From: a virus | Lineage: Duplodnaviria; Caudoviricetes | Virus record (IMG/VR): IMGVR_UViG_3300014818_000015 | Location: 1 to 42,138 of that record | Length of the DNA stretch: 42,138 bases | Strand: one strand, 5' to 3' | Part shown: positions 20,546 to 29,681 of the stretch, piece after piece | Layout of the letters: each line of letters begins with the position of its first letter | Position numbering within the stretch: position 1 is the first letter of the stretch | The notes under the pieces: model-generated | The model's input: the letters and a program-made list of their open reading frames with translations, nothing else | Told to the model about the DNA's origin: nothing | Databases searched by the model: none | Translations under genes and position numbers: made by a program

Positions 20546-21145
20546 ATGGCAAATTCAATATTCGACACAGTATCAGCGCAAGCGTTCCGAGCGGGGATCA
20601 AATCCCGTACACCGGAGTCAGAGGAGTGGTTTGGCAAGAAGATCAAAGAACTTGCTATTCCCTCTAGGACCCAAGTTTTGAAAGATAGCGCTTTAACCAG
20701 ACAGACCAAAATTCTGCCTGGCGATATGTGCATGTATTTTTATGATCCGAAGCACAAAGAAACCCTTCCCTACTATGACAGATTCCCATTAACGATAATG
20801 GTAGAACCTGCTCCAGGCGGTTTTTATGGATTAAATCTGCATTATCTAAATCCCGTTGCTCGAGCAAGATTAGTTAACGAACTATTCAAATTAGCACCCA
20901 AGGATTTAAAAGATGATTCAAGATTAAGAAAAATGAGATATGATCTTCTCAAGGGAGTACAAAAGTATAAGGAATTTCAACCTTGCTTTAAACACTACCT
21001 AATGGATCACGTTAAATCCCAGTTCTCGAGAGTTCCGATGACTGATTGGGAAATAGCTATTTATCTTCCATTGCAACAGTTTAAGAAGAAATCTTCTAGA
21101 ACGGTTTGGAAAGATTCTACTAAACAATATAGGCAGAAGAAATAA
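20546..21145 (+). CDS. gp2: DNA end protector protein gp2
   Basis: YDPKHKETLPYYDRFPL, GFYGLNLHYL, PCFKHYL..HVKS. Confidence 0.95.
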   Translation: MANSIFDTVSAQAFRAGIKSRTPESEEWFGKKIKELAIPSRTQVLKDSALTRQTKILPGDMCMYFYDPKHKETLPYYDRFPLTIMVEPAPGGFYGLNLHYLNPVARARLVNELFKLAPKDLKDDSRLRKMRYDLLKGVQKYKEFQPCFKHYLMDHVKSQFSRVPMTDWEIAIYLPLQQFKKKSSRTVWKDSTKQYRQKK

Positions 21146-21813
21146 TGTCGAGCATCGATAACTTAAAAGCTACCATTAGTAAGAAAGGCGGATTAGCTCC
21201 TGCCAACAGGTTCAATGTTATATTCAGCCCGCCGACCGGAGCAATATCAGCGCTTATGAGCGGGGATATGAATTCACTAGTAGGAGCATTAAATCCTGAA
21301 GGAGCAATCGCAAGTTTAGCTTCAGGCAACTTTGATCCGAGAAACGCTCTTCCGGATCCAAGAGATATTACGTACCTTTGTGAAAGTGTTAACCTTCCTG
21401 GAAGAAGTGTTTCTACATTCGATCATGGAGATACCAAGCAAACGAATAAGTACCCATATACGTTTATCGATGAAGATGTTACAATGACATTCATATTAAC
21501 CAATGACTATTATATGAAGAATATGATGGACCGATGGATGTCTAGTATATTTGATACAGTTAATTACCAAGCTGGATATAAGTCTGACTATAGTACAGAT
21601 ATTATCATTCAGCAGTTAGATCAGAATATGATTCCAGTATATGGGGTTAAGTTACAAAAAGCGTATCCCGTTTCCGTTGCTCCGATCTCTTTAGATAACA
21701 ATGGTTCTGGATATCAGAAATTGACAGTGACGTTCTCTTATGACACCTTTGTAGCCGAAGGTCCATTGAGCAGCACGGTCTCAGCTGCGAAGGCCGTAAT
21801 ACCGGGTTTATAA
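21145..21813 (+). CDS. Tail tube-like protein (gp54 tube initiator / gp19 fold)
   Basis: GGLAPANRFNV, LCESVNLPGR, I.QLD, KL.KAYPVSV, LTVTFSY. Confidence 0.8.
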   Translation: MSSIDNLKATISKKGGLAPANRFNVIFSPPTGAISALMSGDMNSLVGALNPEGAIASLASGNFDPRNALPDPRDITYLCESVNLPGRSVSTFDHGDTKQTNKYPYTFIDEDVTMTFILTNDYYMKNMMDRWMSSIFDTVNYQAGYKSDYSTDIIIQQLDQNMIPVYGVKLQKAYPVSVAPISLDNNGSGYQKLTVTFSYDTFVAEGPLSSTVSAAKAVIPGL

Positions 21814-21862
21814 TAGTAGATACATACTATAACATTTTAAATTATTAAAGGAAAATTAGATA

Positions 21863-22570
21863 ATGGCTTTACCTATTGTAAGTAGTTCTAGATATAGTAC
21901 TCAGGTACCTAGTTTAGGAACTACCGTTGAATACAGACCGTATGTTGTGAAAGAAGAAAAGATTCTAATGATTGCTATGGAGTCTAAGAACCAAAAGCAA
22001 ATCATTCGAGCAATCAAGGATGTCATCACTGCATGCGTATTTGATAATATTGATGCGAGTAAATTAACTTCATTGGATATTGAAGTATTGTTTCTAAAGC
22101 TTAGAGGCAAATCTGTAGGCGAAAGAGCAGACCTTAGATTCAAATGTGGTACATGCGAAGCTATGACTGACGTGTCGATCAATCTAGAAGACGTAGCAGT
22201 TCCAGAGTTAGACGTAAAATCAAGAACCATCATGATTGATAATAAAGTCGGTGTTGTTGTTAGATACCCTTCCATTACAGATATGGAAAAATACACAGAC
22301 AAACAGTTATCATCAGTTGATGGCGTTATGAGCTTAATCACTGATTGTATTGAATCAATCTTTGATGATGAAAATATACATAGCACAAAAGATGAAAAAA
22401 GATCCGAGATAGTTGCTTTTATTGATAGTCTTAGTAGCACACAGTTTAAAAATGTTGCAGCATTCTTCCAAGATATGCCTGCACTAGTACATGATGTTAA
22501 GTACAACTGTATATCATGCGATGCTCCTAATGAGATTCAGCTGAAAGGTATTACTAGTTTTTTTACGTAG
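21863..22570 (+). CDS. gp26: Baseplate hub assembly protein gp26
   Basis: MALP, YRPYVVKEEKILMIAMES, DIEVLFLKLRGKSVGE, two CxxC pairs, C-terminal G..SFF. Confidence 0.93.
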   Translation: MALPIVSSSRYSTQVPSLGTTVEYRPYVVKEEKILMIAMESKNQKQIIRAIKDVITACVFDNIDASKLTSLDIEVLFLKLRGKSVGERADLRFKCGTCEAMTDVSINLEDVAVPELDVKSRTIMIDNKVGVVVRYPSITDMEKYTDKQLSSVDGVMSLITDCIESIFDDENIHSTKDEKRSEIVAFIDSLSSTQFKNVAAFFQDMPALVHDVKYNCISCDAPNEIQLKGITSFFT

Positions 22571-22755
22571 GCCTCTCTCACGATAATCTTATTAACCATT
22601 ATAAGACTAACTTTGCGATGATGCAGCACCATGGATATAGCTTAGATGAGCTAGATCATATGCTGCCATTCGAGAGAGAAATATACATTGCTCTATTGCA
22701 GGATCACATTAAGAAAGAAAACGAACGAATTCAGGAACAACAGAGGAAGAAATAA
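22558..22755 (+). CDS. gp51: Baseplate hub assembly catalyst gp51 (first ATG at 22618; frame open from 22558, possibly reached by -1 frameshift)
   Basis: Absent from the ORF track. Manual translation of the -1 frame relative to gp26: FFYVGLSHDNLINHYKTNFAMMQHHGYSLDELDHMLPFEREIYIALLQDHIKKENERIQEQQRKK*, matching the gp51 pattern. Confidence 0.85.
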   Translation, partial: FFYVGLSHDNLINHYKTNFAMMQHHGYSLDELDHMLPFEREIYIALLQDHIKKENERIQEQQRKK

Positions 22756-23084
22756 TGAGCGATGAAGATAAAAAAACTGTGCACCATCCAGCAGATACCA
22801 ACGGTGACGGCAGAGTCTCTAAAGAAGAAGAAGCAATGTACCTAGAGTTTAAACGCAAGGAGCTAGAAGACGCTGACGCCATGCGAGATGCTCAACGTAA
22901 TATGACCTGGTTTGCGTTGTTCGGTTTATTGCTATATCCCTTTGCTGTTATATTAGCGTCACTCGCTGGAATGGCAGAAGCTATGAAGACCTTAGGTAGT
23001 ATGGCACCAACCTATTTTGTAGCCGTTGCTGGTATAGTTGCTGCGTTCTTTGGCGCTCAAGCATTAGGTAAAGGTAAAAAATAA
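22755..23084 (+). CDS. EF-hand-loop, two-TM membrane protein (holin-like topology)
   Basis: DTNGDGRVSKEE loop, two hydrophobic helices, basic C-terminus; TAATG coupling on both sides. Confidence 0.7.
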   Translation: MSDEDKKTVHHPADTNGDGRVSKEEEAMYLEFKRKELEDADAMRDAQRNMTWFALFGLLLYPFAVILASLAGMAEAMKTLGSMAPTYFVAVAGIVAAFFGAQALGKGKK

Positions 23085-24796
23085 TGGCAAATGATCGTAA
23101 AGACAAAACCATAGGTAAAGGTAAAGGCGGGCAAACCCCTAGCATGTCTGATCTGATTAAGGAATTTCGGAAGTCATCTAATGGCGAAAAAACTGCTGAT
23201 ACGAAAAAGGCTTTATCTAAACAAACAATAGCTATTGAAGGATGGGTTAGTAAAGCAGAGAAGAATGGATCATTCAATGCAACTACTAGTAAAAAGATAT
23301 CTGAGGAGCTACGTAAATCAACCGAAGCTATTAATACCGGTAACCTGAGCGGTGCTGAACTCAATAATGAATTTGCTAAGCTTCAAGCTCTGCAAAAAGA
23401 ATCATTAGAATTCTCTAAAAATCCGAGTAAGAAATACGAAAAGATCTCAGCAGCTATGCTTGGTGATCTATCTAAACAACTGGAAAAACAAACTAAGATC
23501 ATAAAAGCTGATACCGCTAGTGTTGAACTAGGCAAGAAGGTCCAAGAGCTTCAAAAGACCTCACTGTATCAGAATAAAGAAACGTCAACGATGTTGGCTG
23601 ATACCTATGCTGAATACACTAAACAACTAGAAGATGCTATTGGCAGTAACAATATTAAGAACATTGATATTGCGCAAAAGCAATTGGAAGCATTAGAAGC
23701 TTCTGTCGGTGACGAAGAAAAAAGAAGAGAAGCTGCTAAAGCAAACGATGTACAAACATCCGCTCTTTTGGGAATGCAATCATCTCTAGAAGGTGTATCT
23801 AAAGGACTGACTGATATAGGTCAAGGCGCTGTAAAAGGCGGTGGATTTATAGGAGGTCTTTTAGGAATGTTTTTACTATTCACCGATCCTGAAAAGTTCG
23901 GTGAAATAATGAAAGATGTTATGAGCACAGTTACGAGTATCTTCAAGGGTATCATTAAAGTATTTCAGGGCGATATGACTGGAGCGCTAGAAGAGTTTAA
24001 AGGTCACGGCATGGCTATCGGAGGTATACTTCTTGCGCTCGGTGCTTATATGGCGGGACCTATTGTTGGTGCACTTGCAAGTGTCATGGGTATACTATCC
24101 AAGCTTAAAGTAGCTATTGGCATAGCTAAAGTATTCATGATGGGTACATTAGTTCCAGGAATTATATCTACCTTTACAGGAATCTTTGGAGCTATGGCAC
24201 CATTCGTAGCTATAGGATTACTAGTATCAAGTATCGTAGGCTTACTAATGTTTGCAGTTAAAGAACTTGGTGGATTCGATTCTTACGGAGATATGTTCGC
24301 AGTTGCTTTTGCTGGAATGAAGGATGCCTTTGGTTACCTAGTGAATTTCATTGGAGATATTGTCAACGGCATAATTGATCTTGTTCAGACCTATGGTGGT
24401 AAACTTGCGGACTTCCTCGGATTTAAGCTACCTGACCTTAGCGGCTATAAGATGGAAAGGTCTGCTACCAATAACTTGGAAATGGTTAATAAGAGTCAAG
24501 CTGAAGAGAAGAAGATTAGGGATGATAGAGAAGCAGCAGGTTTACCGCCATTAGGCGAAGAATCAGTAGCAGCTCCTGCTATGCCTAGCTTTAGCTTACC
24601 TCCTATGACAGGCGGTGATGATTTGATTAATGGCTCTAGAACAAATGATGCATCGAATAAAGCATCTATGTCTAATGTGTCACAGGTTATATCACAGACG
24701 ACTAATGCTCCTAAGAGTACGTCTAGCATAACCAATATTATGAGTTCTCCATCATCTATGGCATCCATGGCTTTAGCTGGGGTTTCTTCCAGATAA
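23084..24796 (+). CDS. Probable tape measure protein (gp29-like)
   Basis: 570 aa; N-terminal coiled coil and Gly/Ala-rich hydrophobic middle; follows gp26/gp51. Confidence 0.7.
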   Translation: MANDRKDKTIGKGKGGQTPSMSDLIKEFRKSSNGEKTADTKKALSKQTIAIEGWVSKAEKNGSFNATTSKKISEELRKSTEAINTGNLSGAELNNEFAKLQALQKESLEFSKNPSKKYEKISAAMLGDLSKQLEKQTKIIKADTASVELGKKVQELQKTSLYQNKETSTMLADTYAEYTKQLEDAIGSNNIKNIDIAQKQLEALEASVGDEEKRREAAKANDVQTSALLGMQSSLEGVSKGLTDIGQGAVKGGGFIGGLLGMFLLFTDPEKFGEIMKDVMSTVTSIFKGIIKVFQGDMTGALEEFKGHGMAIGGILLALGAYMAGPIVGALASVMGILSKLKVAIGIAKVFMMGTLVPGIISTFTGIFGAMAPFVAIGLLVSSIVGLLMFAVKELGGFDSYGDMFAVAFAGMKDAFGYLVNFIGDIVNGIIDLVQTYGGKLADFLGFKLPDLSGYKMERSATNNLEMVNKSQAEEKKIRDDREAAGLPPLGEESVAAPAMPSFSLPPMTGGDDLINGSRTNDASNKASMSNVSQVISQTTNAPKSTSSITNIMSSPSSMASMALAGVSSR

Positions 24797-24821
24797 AAAA
24801 AAAGGACTCCGAAGAGTCCTT
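24795..24821 (-). terminator. Rho-independent terminator with UUCG tetraloop after gp32
   Basis: Minus strand AAGGACTC-TTCG-GAGTCCTT followed by a T-run; lies between convergent genes. Confidence 0.9.
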
Positions 24822-24852
24822 ATAATAATAACATCATGTTTTTATTGTTATT

Positions 24853-25761
24853 CTATCCGTGTTCTTTAGCTAACTTAGCAAAGTAGCTAAGGGTATCATC
24901 ATCAGTACTCTCCGCGGCTTCAGCTACTGGAGCCGCTTCCACTGAGGCTGAGAATGGTGATTGTTCAACAACCGGCATTGCCGCTGTTGGCATTTCAATA
25001 GATGCTCCAGCGTCCGCACCAGTAACTCGGTTAAACTTAGCTTTTAACTCATCATATGATTTGTAGTTCTTAGGATCTACAAAGTCTTTTAAAGAATATA
25101 ACTTATTATAGACTTCTTCCAATCGATCTTCTTCGCCGTTATGTAACGGACCTTGTGAAGCAAACTCTGACTTATCATAGTTTACCCAACCTTCTACTTT
25201 ACGAATCTTAATCTTAAAGTCTGCACCTTCCCAAAAATCATATGGATTAACTGGTTGCTCATCAGCAAACTCAGGTTGCATGGAATCCATAATCTTATCA
25301 AAGATCTTTTTACCGAACTTATATAACATAACCTTGCCATCATTTTCAGGATGAGCTGGATCTGATACAACCAAGATGTTACTAACGTGATGTAGTCTAC
25401 GCTTACGTTCACGAGCTAAAGCTTTATCTTCGTCACGTCCCGTATTCCATAATATAGAGTTATCTTCCGATACTGGATCTTGAGCACCTATAGAAGTCAA
25501 TGAGTTCTCGATATACCAAAGACCAGTTGGACCTTTAAATCCGTGATCCCAATAACGTACCCATGGTAGATCTTCACCTTCTTTAGCAGGAAGGAAGCGA
25601 ATTACCGCATAACCGTTTCCTGCTTTATCTCGTGTTGGTGCCCAGAATCGATCGTCGCCGTAACCCTTAGAACCTTTTTCAGGAGATGATACTGCTTCCG
25701 CAGCCTTTACTAGTGCGTCCATTGAAGAGGCGCGATTGGTTTTTAAATTTGCAAATGACAT
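24853..25761 (-). CDS. gp32: Single-stranded DNA-binding protein gp32
   Basis: DDRFW.P..DKAGNGYAVIRFLP, HGFKGPTG.WYIENSLTS, KFGKKIFDKI, acidic tail DDDTLSYFAKLA. Confidence 0.97.
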   Translation of the reverse strand: MSFANLKTNRASSMDALVKAAEAVSSPEKGSKGYGDDRFWAPTRDKAGNGYAVIRFLPAKEGEDLPWVRYWDHGFKGPTGLWYIENSLTSIGAQDPVSEDNSILWNTGRDEDKALARERKRRLHHVSNILVVSDPAHPENDGKVMLYKFGKKIFDKIMDSMQPEFADEQPVNPYDFWEGADFKIKIRKVEGWVNYDKSEFASQGPLHNGEEDRLEEVYNKLYSLKDFVDPKNYKSYDELKAKFNRVTGADAGASIEMPTAAMPVVEQSPFSASVEAAPVAEAAESTDDDTLSYFAKLAKEHG

Positions 25762-25823
25762 TATTTTATTTCCTATTGTATGCAGTTTATTAACAGTATT
25801 AACATTGTTTGTTTGTACGGAGT

Positions 25824-25852
25824 ATTATACCATACTTTTAATCGTTTGTAAA
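25824..25852 (-). promoter_or_regulatory. Sigma70-like early promoter for gp32
   Basis: TTTACA-17 bp-TATAAT with extended TG; overlaps the 3' end of gp59. Confidence 0.85.
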
Positions 25853-26443
25853 CCTTTTTTTCAATAAAGTTAAACATTTATTTTTATCAAACCTTACAAA
25901 CGGGGTGTACTTATCGATTAGCTTTTTAATACCAGGCCAACTAATTGTCTCTGATATGCTCTTGCCTTCTCTATCCATAAACCCTAACATGGAGTTAAGA
26001 ATTATAACAGTCTCTAAACTAATCTCTTCTTGTCTCCATAGCTTCACCACTAGAGGGTGGTTATTATCTTTAGCAGTGAATGCACTATCAAAGGTTAAAC
26101 CGTCCGACTCTATTGTGTCAGCTATTGTATTTATATCAACCGAAAACACTCTATGGAGTGATTCGATTATTTTCTTATGATCCCTAAAGTTCCTTTCACC
26201 TTCTTCATCAAGCATATCGCCAACATAACTTAAACCTGCTTTAAAGTTGGCAACATAATACATCATTAAGTCATCGGGATGCTTCTTCGCTATTTTAGCA
26301 AAGAAGTACTTATCCTTTCTCTTGTAGAAAGAGGTAGGATTGACTGAAGTCTTAAAGTTATATTTGATAGCATCATAGCTTGCTGTTTCAAAATGTAGCT
26401 TAAGAGCATTATATAATTTATAGGAAGCGTAGGGATCACTCAT
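25838..26443 (-). CDS. gp59: Helicase loader gp59
   Basis: Y.LYNALKLHF...YD..KY, F.KRKDKYFF.K, ISLET, KY.PF. Confidence 0.92.
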   Translation of the reverse strand: MSDPYASYKLYNALKLHFETASYDAIKYNFKTSVNPTSFYKRKDKYFFAKIAKKHPDDLMMYYVANFKAGLSYVGDMLDEEGERNFRDHKKIIESLHRVFSVDINTIADTIESDGLTFDSAFTAKDNNHPLVVKLWRQEEISLETVIILNSMLGFMDREGKSISETISWPGIKKLIDKYTPFVRFDKNKCLTLLKKRFTND

Positions 26444-26673
26444 ACTGGTAGCGTATTCCCACCAGCGTCTCTAAGCAGGTTATATCTATTTGCTTCAGCT
26501 TCGATTTTATCCTTAAGCGAATCCGTAAGTAATCGAGGAACGTTACCATAATCTAACCCTCTCTCCTCAACAAGCTCGGTCATAGCTTCAATATAGGTCA
26601 TTCCTTTTTTAAGCACCATCATCTCAACCGCTGTCGAGAACCTCTTCTTAGTCATTATCTTTTCTTCAATCAT
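26440..26673 (-). CDS. gp33: Late transcription coactivator gp33
   Basis: FS..VE, TYIEA, LKDKIEAEA..YNLL, TLPV; upstream of gp59. Confidence 0.88.
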   Translation of the reverse strand: MIEEKIMTKKRFSTAVEMMVLKKGMTYIEAMTELVEERGLDYGNVPRLLTDSLKDKIEAEANRYNLLRDAGGNTLPV

Positions 26674-27850
26674 TGCTTACCCTCAGGAGAATACAATGTT
26701 TATTGATTCTGCCGGTTGGAACGTTTATTTTAGTAGTAAGTCCTGACCACACCTTTCCAATTTGCTTAATGGTCTTTTTCTGTATGAGAGGTATGACTTC
26801 TTCAGGTTTTCTTAACTTAGTTACCCTGCTTAGTTCTGTGTCAATATTTTTAAGGGTGGAACCACTAACCTCAAATCCCTTAGTAGAGTTACTGACAAAC
26901 TCCGTTAGTTTCTTTTCTTCGACATTGTATATGAATAATCTATGTTGACCTGGTATAAGAACCGGGGAGATCGAAACTAATTTAGCTCCCACATCCTCTT
27001 TCTTATATACGAGTTTCTCTATCTGCTTATCTGAGGCTTTTGCTTTTTTAGCCTTAGGTATTCTCGTCGCCTTAACAGAAGCTTTAAACTGTTCCAGATC
27101 AGCATAAACTTTATCAAAAGTAGCTAGCATCTTCTTTAAGTTTGACTTCTTGATATGCGAGTAAGCCTCTACAGCTTGTTCACACTTATCATTATAAGCA
27201 TCCGATATGATATCATAATCCGGCTGGAGTATATCTTTAAATACCTGTACAGCGTTGCTTTTTAAATCATGCTTTTTAAATAAGGCGTAAGCTTCGAAAT
27301 TTACTTTAAACTTATTATCACACCATTGGTCTACCACTATTTGATCCCAATCAGCATATATCGTCTTTATAACTTTACTTTTTGTTCTTTCTTGAATAGT
27401 GATAACCCGCGCTTTAGGCTTATCGAGCTTCTCAACTTCATCTTTCTTTATCGCGTTTCCTGAAACCACGAAAGCTCTTAGCATATCCTCGATGTAGACT
27501 TTATCCTGCGGACGAGGTTCCAATCCTTTATTTGCTACTGCACATAACTTACCTAATGGAGTAGCAAGAACCCAATCAGGATGTTTCTTGAGAGCCGAAA
27601 TTTCACTCTTGTCAAAACCTAAAGTCTTCTGCGCGTAAATCATAATACAGTTGATATAGTCTTTAGGCTGAAAATAATAGTTATACCAATTCGCGGCTTT
27701 GGACCAAGTCATTTGATATTCTTTATCCGTTGTCGGTGGCTTATCAGGATCAAACATGTGTTCTTGTCCGACATGCGTGCTATCTATTGATTTCCTATTT
27801 TTACGTAAACTGTTTCTGAAGCGGTCGTTTTCTGCTTTGCTGCCGGCCAT
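26666..27850 (-). CDS. Hypothetical protein (394 aa)
   Basis: Long ORF with its own promoter and RBS; NWYNYY, GFEVSGSTL, LRKP and TGRIN motifs recalled from T4-like phages upstream of gp33. Confidence 0.75.
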   Translation of the reverse strand: MAGSKAENDRFRNSLRKNRKSIDSTHVGQEHMFDPDKPPTTDKEYQMTWSKAANWYNYYFQPKDYINCIMIYAQKTLGFDKSEISALKKHPDWVLATPLGKLCAVANKGLEPRPQDKVYIEDMLRAFVVSGNAIKKDEVEKLDKPKARVITIQERTKSKVIKTIYADWDQIVVDQWCDNKFKVNFEAYALFKKHDLKSNAVQVFKDILQPDYDIISDAYNDKCEQAVEAYSHIKKSNLKKMLATFDKVYADLEQFKASVKATRIPKAKKAKASDKQIEKLVYKKEDVGAKLVSISPVLIPGQHRLFIYNVEEKKLTEFVSNSTKGFEVSGSTLKNIDTELSRVTKLRKPEEVIPLIQKKTIKQIGKVWSGLTTKINVPTGRINKHCILLRVSND

Positions 27851-27880
27851 GTGTTTGTATCCTTATTTGTTTATGGGATC

Positions 27881-27909
27881 ATTATATCATAGTTAAATGA
27901 GAATGTAAA
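27881..27909 (-). promoter_or_regulatory. Early promoter
   Basis: GGGGTTTACA-17 bp-TATAAT with TG. Confidence 0.85.
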
Positions 27910-27933
27910 CCCCTTAGGCGAAAATAGTTTAAA

Positions 27934-28260
27934 CTAATTCCATTCATTATCATTTTTCATAGAGTTATATGTTTCCATGTAACTGCTACCTTCAAGGTAA
28001 GATGCAGTATTTCTTTCAGAGTAATACATATTCTCTTCTTTGAAACAATCAAGTGAACTACCTTTCTGACCTAGGTTTTCATTTACTTTAGCAACCTTAA
28101 TTGGCGTTGCTTTACGTTGAGACTTCTTAATCTCGATCTTCTTAGCGTCCATAGCACGGCAAAGCTTTCTCATTTCTAAAGCAGAAGCTTTCTTTTGTGC
28201 TTTAGCCTTTTGCCCTTTTAGAACTGCGTTTTTAATCATTTGTAATCTATCGATAGTCAT
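27934..28260 (-). CDS. Hypothetical basic protein
   Basis: Likely start is ATG 28260 (MTIDRLQ), just after the upstream stop, with GAGG upstream. Confidence 0.65.
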   Translation of the reverse strand: MTIDRLQMIKNAVLKGQKAKAQKKASALEMRKLCRAMDAKKIEIKKSQRKATPIKVAKVNENLGQKGSSLDCFKEENMYYSERNTASYLEGSSYMETYNSMKNDNEWN

Positions 28261-28264
28261 ATTG

Positions 28265-28465
28265 TTATGCCTCTTCTGTAAATAATAAGTCCCAACATTG
28301 TTGGGTGCAACCGGATATAAGAAACTCTCTCTGGTCACGGCTTAAGTTTGGAAACGCGTCTTGAGCTAAGGCCCCGTTCTCGAATTGTAATAACTGATCT
28401 TCATTAATGGGTAGATCCATTGAGTTATTTTCTCGAGTAACAGGACTTGTTTTAGTTATTCTCAT
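28265..28465 (-). CDS. Small phage hypothetical protein
   Basis: 66 aa, QDAFPNLS.DQREFLISG.T...WD motif; has promoter and RBS. Confidence 0.75.
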   Translation of the reverse strand: MRITKTSPVTRENNSMDLPINEDQLLQFENGALAQDAFPNLSRDQREFLISGCTQQCWDLLFTEEA

Positions 28466-28495
28466 CGGTGTTCTTCCTTATTTGTTTATGGGAGT

Positions 28496-28524
28496 ATTAT
28501 ATCATTAATATGATGTCTTGTAAA
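28496..28524 (-). promoter_or_regulatory. Early promoter
   Basis: GGGGTTTACA-17 bp-TATAAT with TG. Confidence 0.85.
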
Positions 28525-28570
28525 CCCCTTAGTGTAAATTAACCTATGACAAATAGTTATAAGCTTATGC

Positions 28571-28993
28571 CTATACGTCATATAGTTCGAATGGAAAACA
28601 AGACATGAATAATACTTTCTCTAATTTATACGCCTCCCTTTCCCATGGTTGGTTGGCGTAAGCATAGTTGTTGGCGTTACGCCCCTTCCATTTCCATGAT
28701 CCTTCCGCGGATAATTCTTCTCTGAGAAACTGTTTAGCGTGCACCATCTCGTGAGCGAGCGCCTGCATCTGAAGTAGAAATGGAACGTTTTTGGTACCGA
28801 TCGAGATGTCCACCAGATCTTTCTCCCCAACGCATAACCCCTGATGGTGATTATCCAAATGAGACATAAAGGTAATAAATATTATCCTTTCAAGACGATG
28901 CATCGATAGTTCTTCGCATAGGCGAGAGACGTACTCAGCGACTATGTCTTTATGTCTATGTCGTCCTTCGATGGCGATAATTATGGGATGCAT
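28571..28993 (-). CDS. Zincin-like metallopeptidase (HEXXH)
   Basis: LAHEMVHAKQ and QPWEREAY motifs. Confidence 0.8.
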   Translation of the reverse strand: MHPIIIAIEGRHRHKDIVAEYVSRLCEELSMHRLERIIFITFMSHLDNHHQGLCVGEKDLVDISIGTKNVPFLLQMQALAHEMVHAKQFLREELSAEGSWKWKGRNANNYAYANQPWEREAYKLEKVLFMSCFPFELYDV

Positions 28994-29017
28994 CCGATTT
29001 GTTTATTTGATGCAGCT

Positions 29018-29046
29018 ATTATACCGTACCTACGAGGTAATGTAAA
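29018..29046 (-). promoter_or_regulatory. Early promoter
   Basis: GGGGTTTACA-17 bp-TATAAT. Confidence 0.85.
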
Positions 29047-29114
29047 CCCCTCGGACACAATTAACCTATGACTATTTGTCCTATAGTATAACTTTTATAT
29101 GCTGGAATTAGAGT

Positions 29115-29170
29115 GAACAGTTTTATGACATGCTCAGGTCGATCCCAGGTAGCGGGAAATAGGGAAGCTA
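29115..29170 (-). ncRNA. Candidate structured RNA (hairpin plus compact H-type pseudoknot) at the 3' end of the late operon
   Basis: Minus strand GAC-CT-GAGCA-T-GTC-ATAAAAC-TGTTC (GAC/GTC and GAGCA/TGTTC), preceded by a GTAGC...GCTAC stem. Confidence 0.4.
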
Positions 29171-29674
29171 CTGATCAGCTAATGGGTTATCCAATGCTCT
29201 TTGTAGAGTGGCATTCAGACGATCTTCAAGCTCTTTGATTTTTGTATCGGAGTTGTTTCTTAATGATGATGCCTTTGATTCATAATCCGATTGTAGTGTA
29301 TCTCTTTTAGCATCGAATCTAGTACTTGCTTTGTCTATCATCTGACGGACTTTCTCTTCCGACTCACGAACCATATCTTCTATCCGATCCGCTTGTTTTT
29401 CAATACCCATAATATCATCACGCAATCCCGATTTAATATCACGAGTATATTCGATTGCATCATTGAGCTTAGATTCAATAACATCGTTACGAGCATCAAT
29501 AGATCCTACATCGATATTCTCTACGATTTCTTTCATACTTCTATAGTCAGCATAAAACTCAAAACCAGCCCACGCAGTTCCGCCTAGAGTAGATAGTGCA
29601 GTAAGTAATGCAAACATCTTACCACCCTTAAATGTCATACCGCCGAATTCTAATTCTGTCTTTTCATCGCTCAT
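29168..29674 (-). CDS. Membrane-anchored coiled-coil protein
   Basis: N-terminal hydrophobic helix followed by long heptad-like helices. Confidence 0.75.
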   Translation of the reverse strand: MSDEKTELEFGGMTFKGGKMFALLTALSTLGGTAWAGFEFYADYRSMKEIVENIDVGSIDARNDVIESKLNDAIEYTRDIKSGLRDDIMGIEKQADRIEDMVRESEEKVRQMIDKASTRFDAKRDTLQSDYESKASSLRNNSDTKIKELEDRLNATLQRALDNPLADQ

Positions 29675-29681
29675 ATATTAA

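Noticed and set aside
21901-22506. 201-aa minus-strand ORF
   Set aside because: Antisense to the well-supported gp26; no RBS or recognisable motif.
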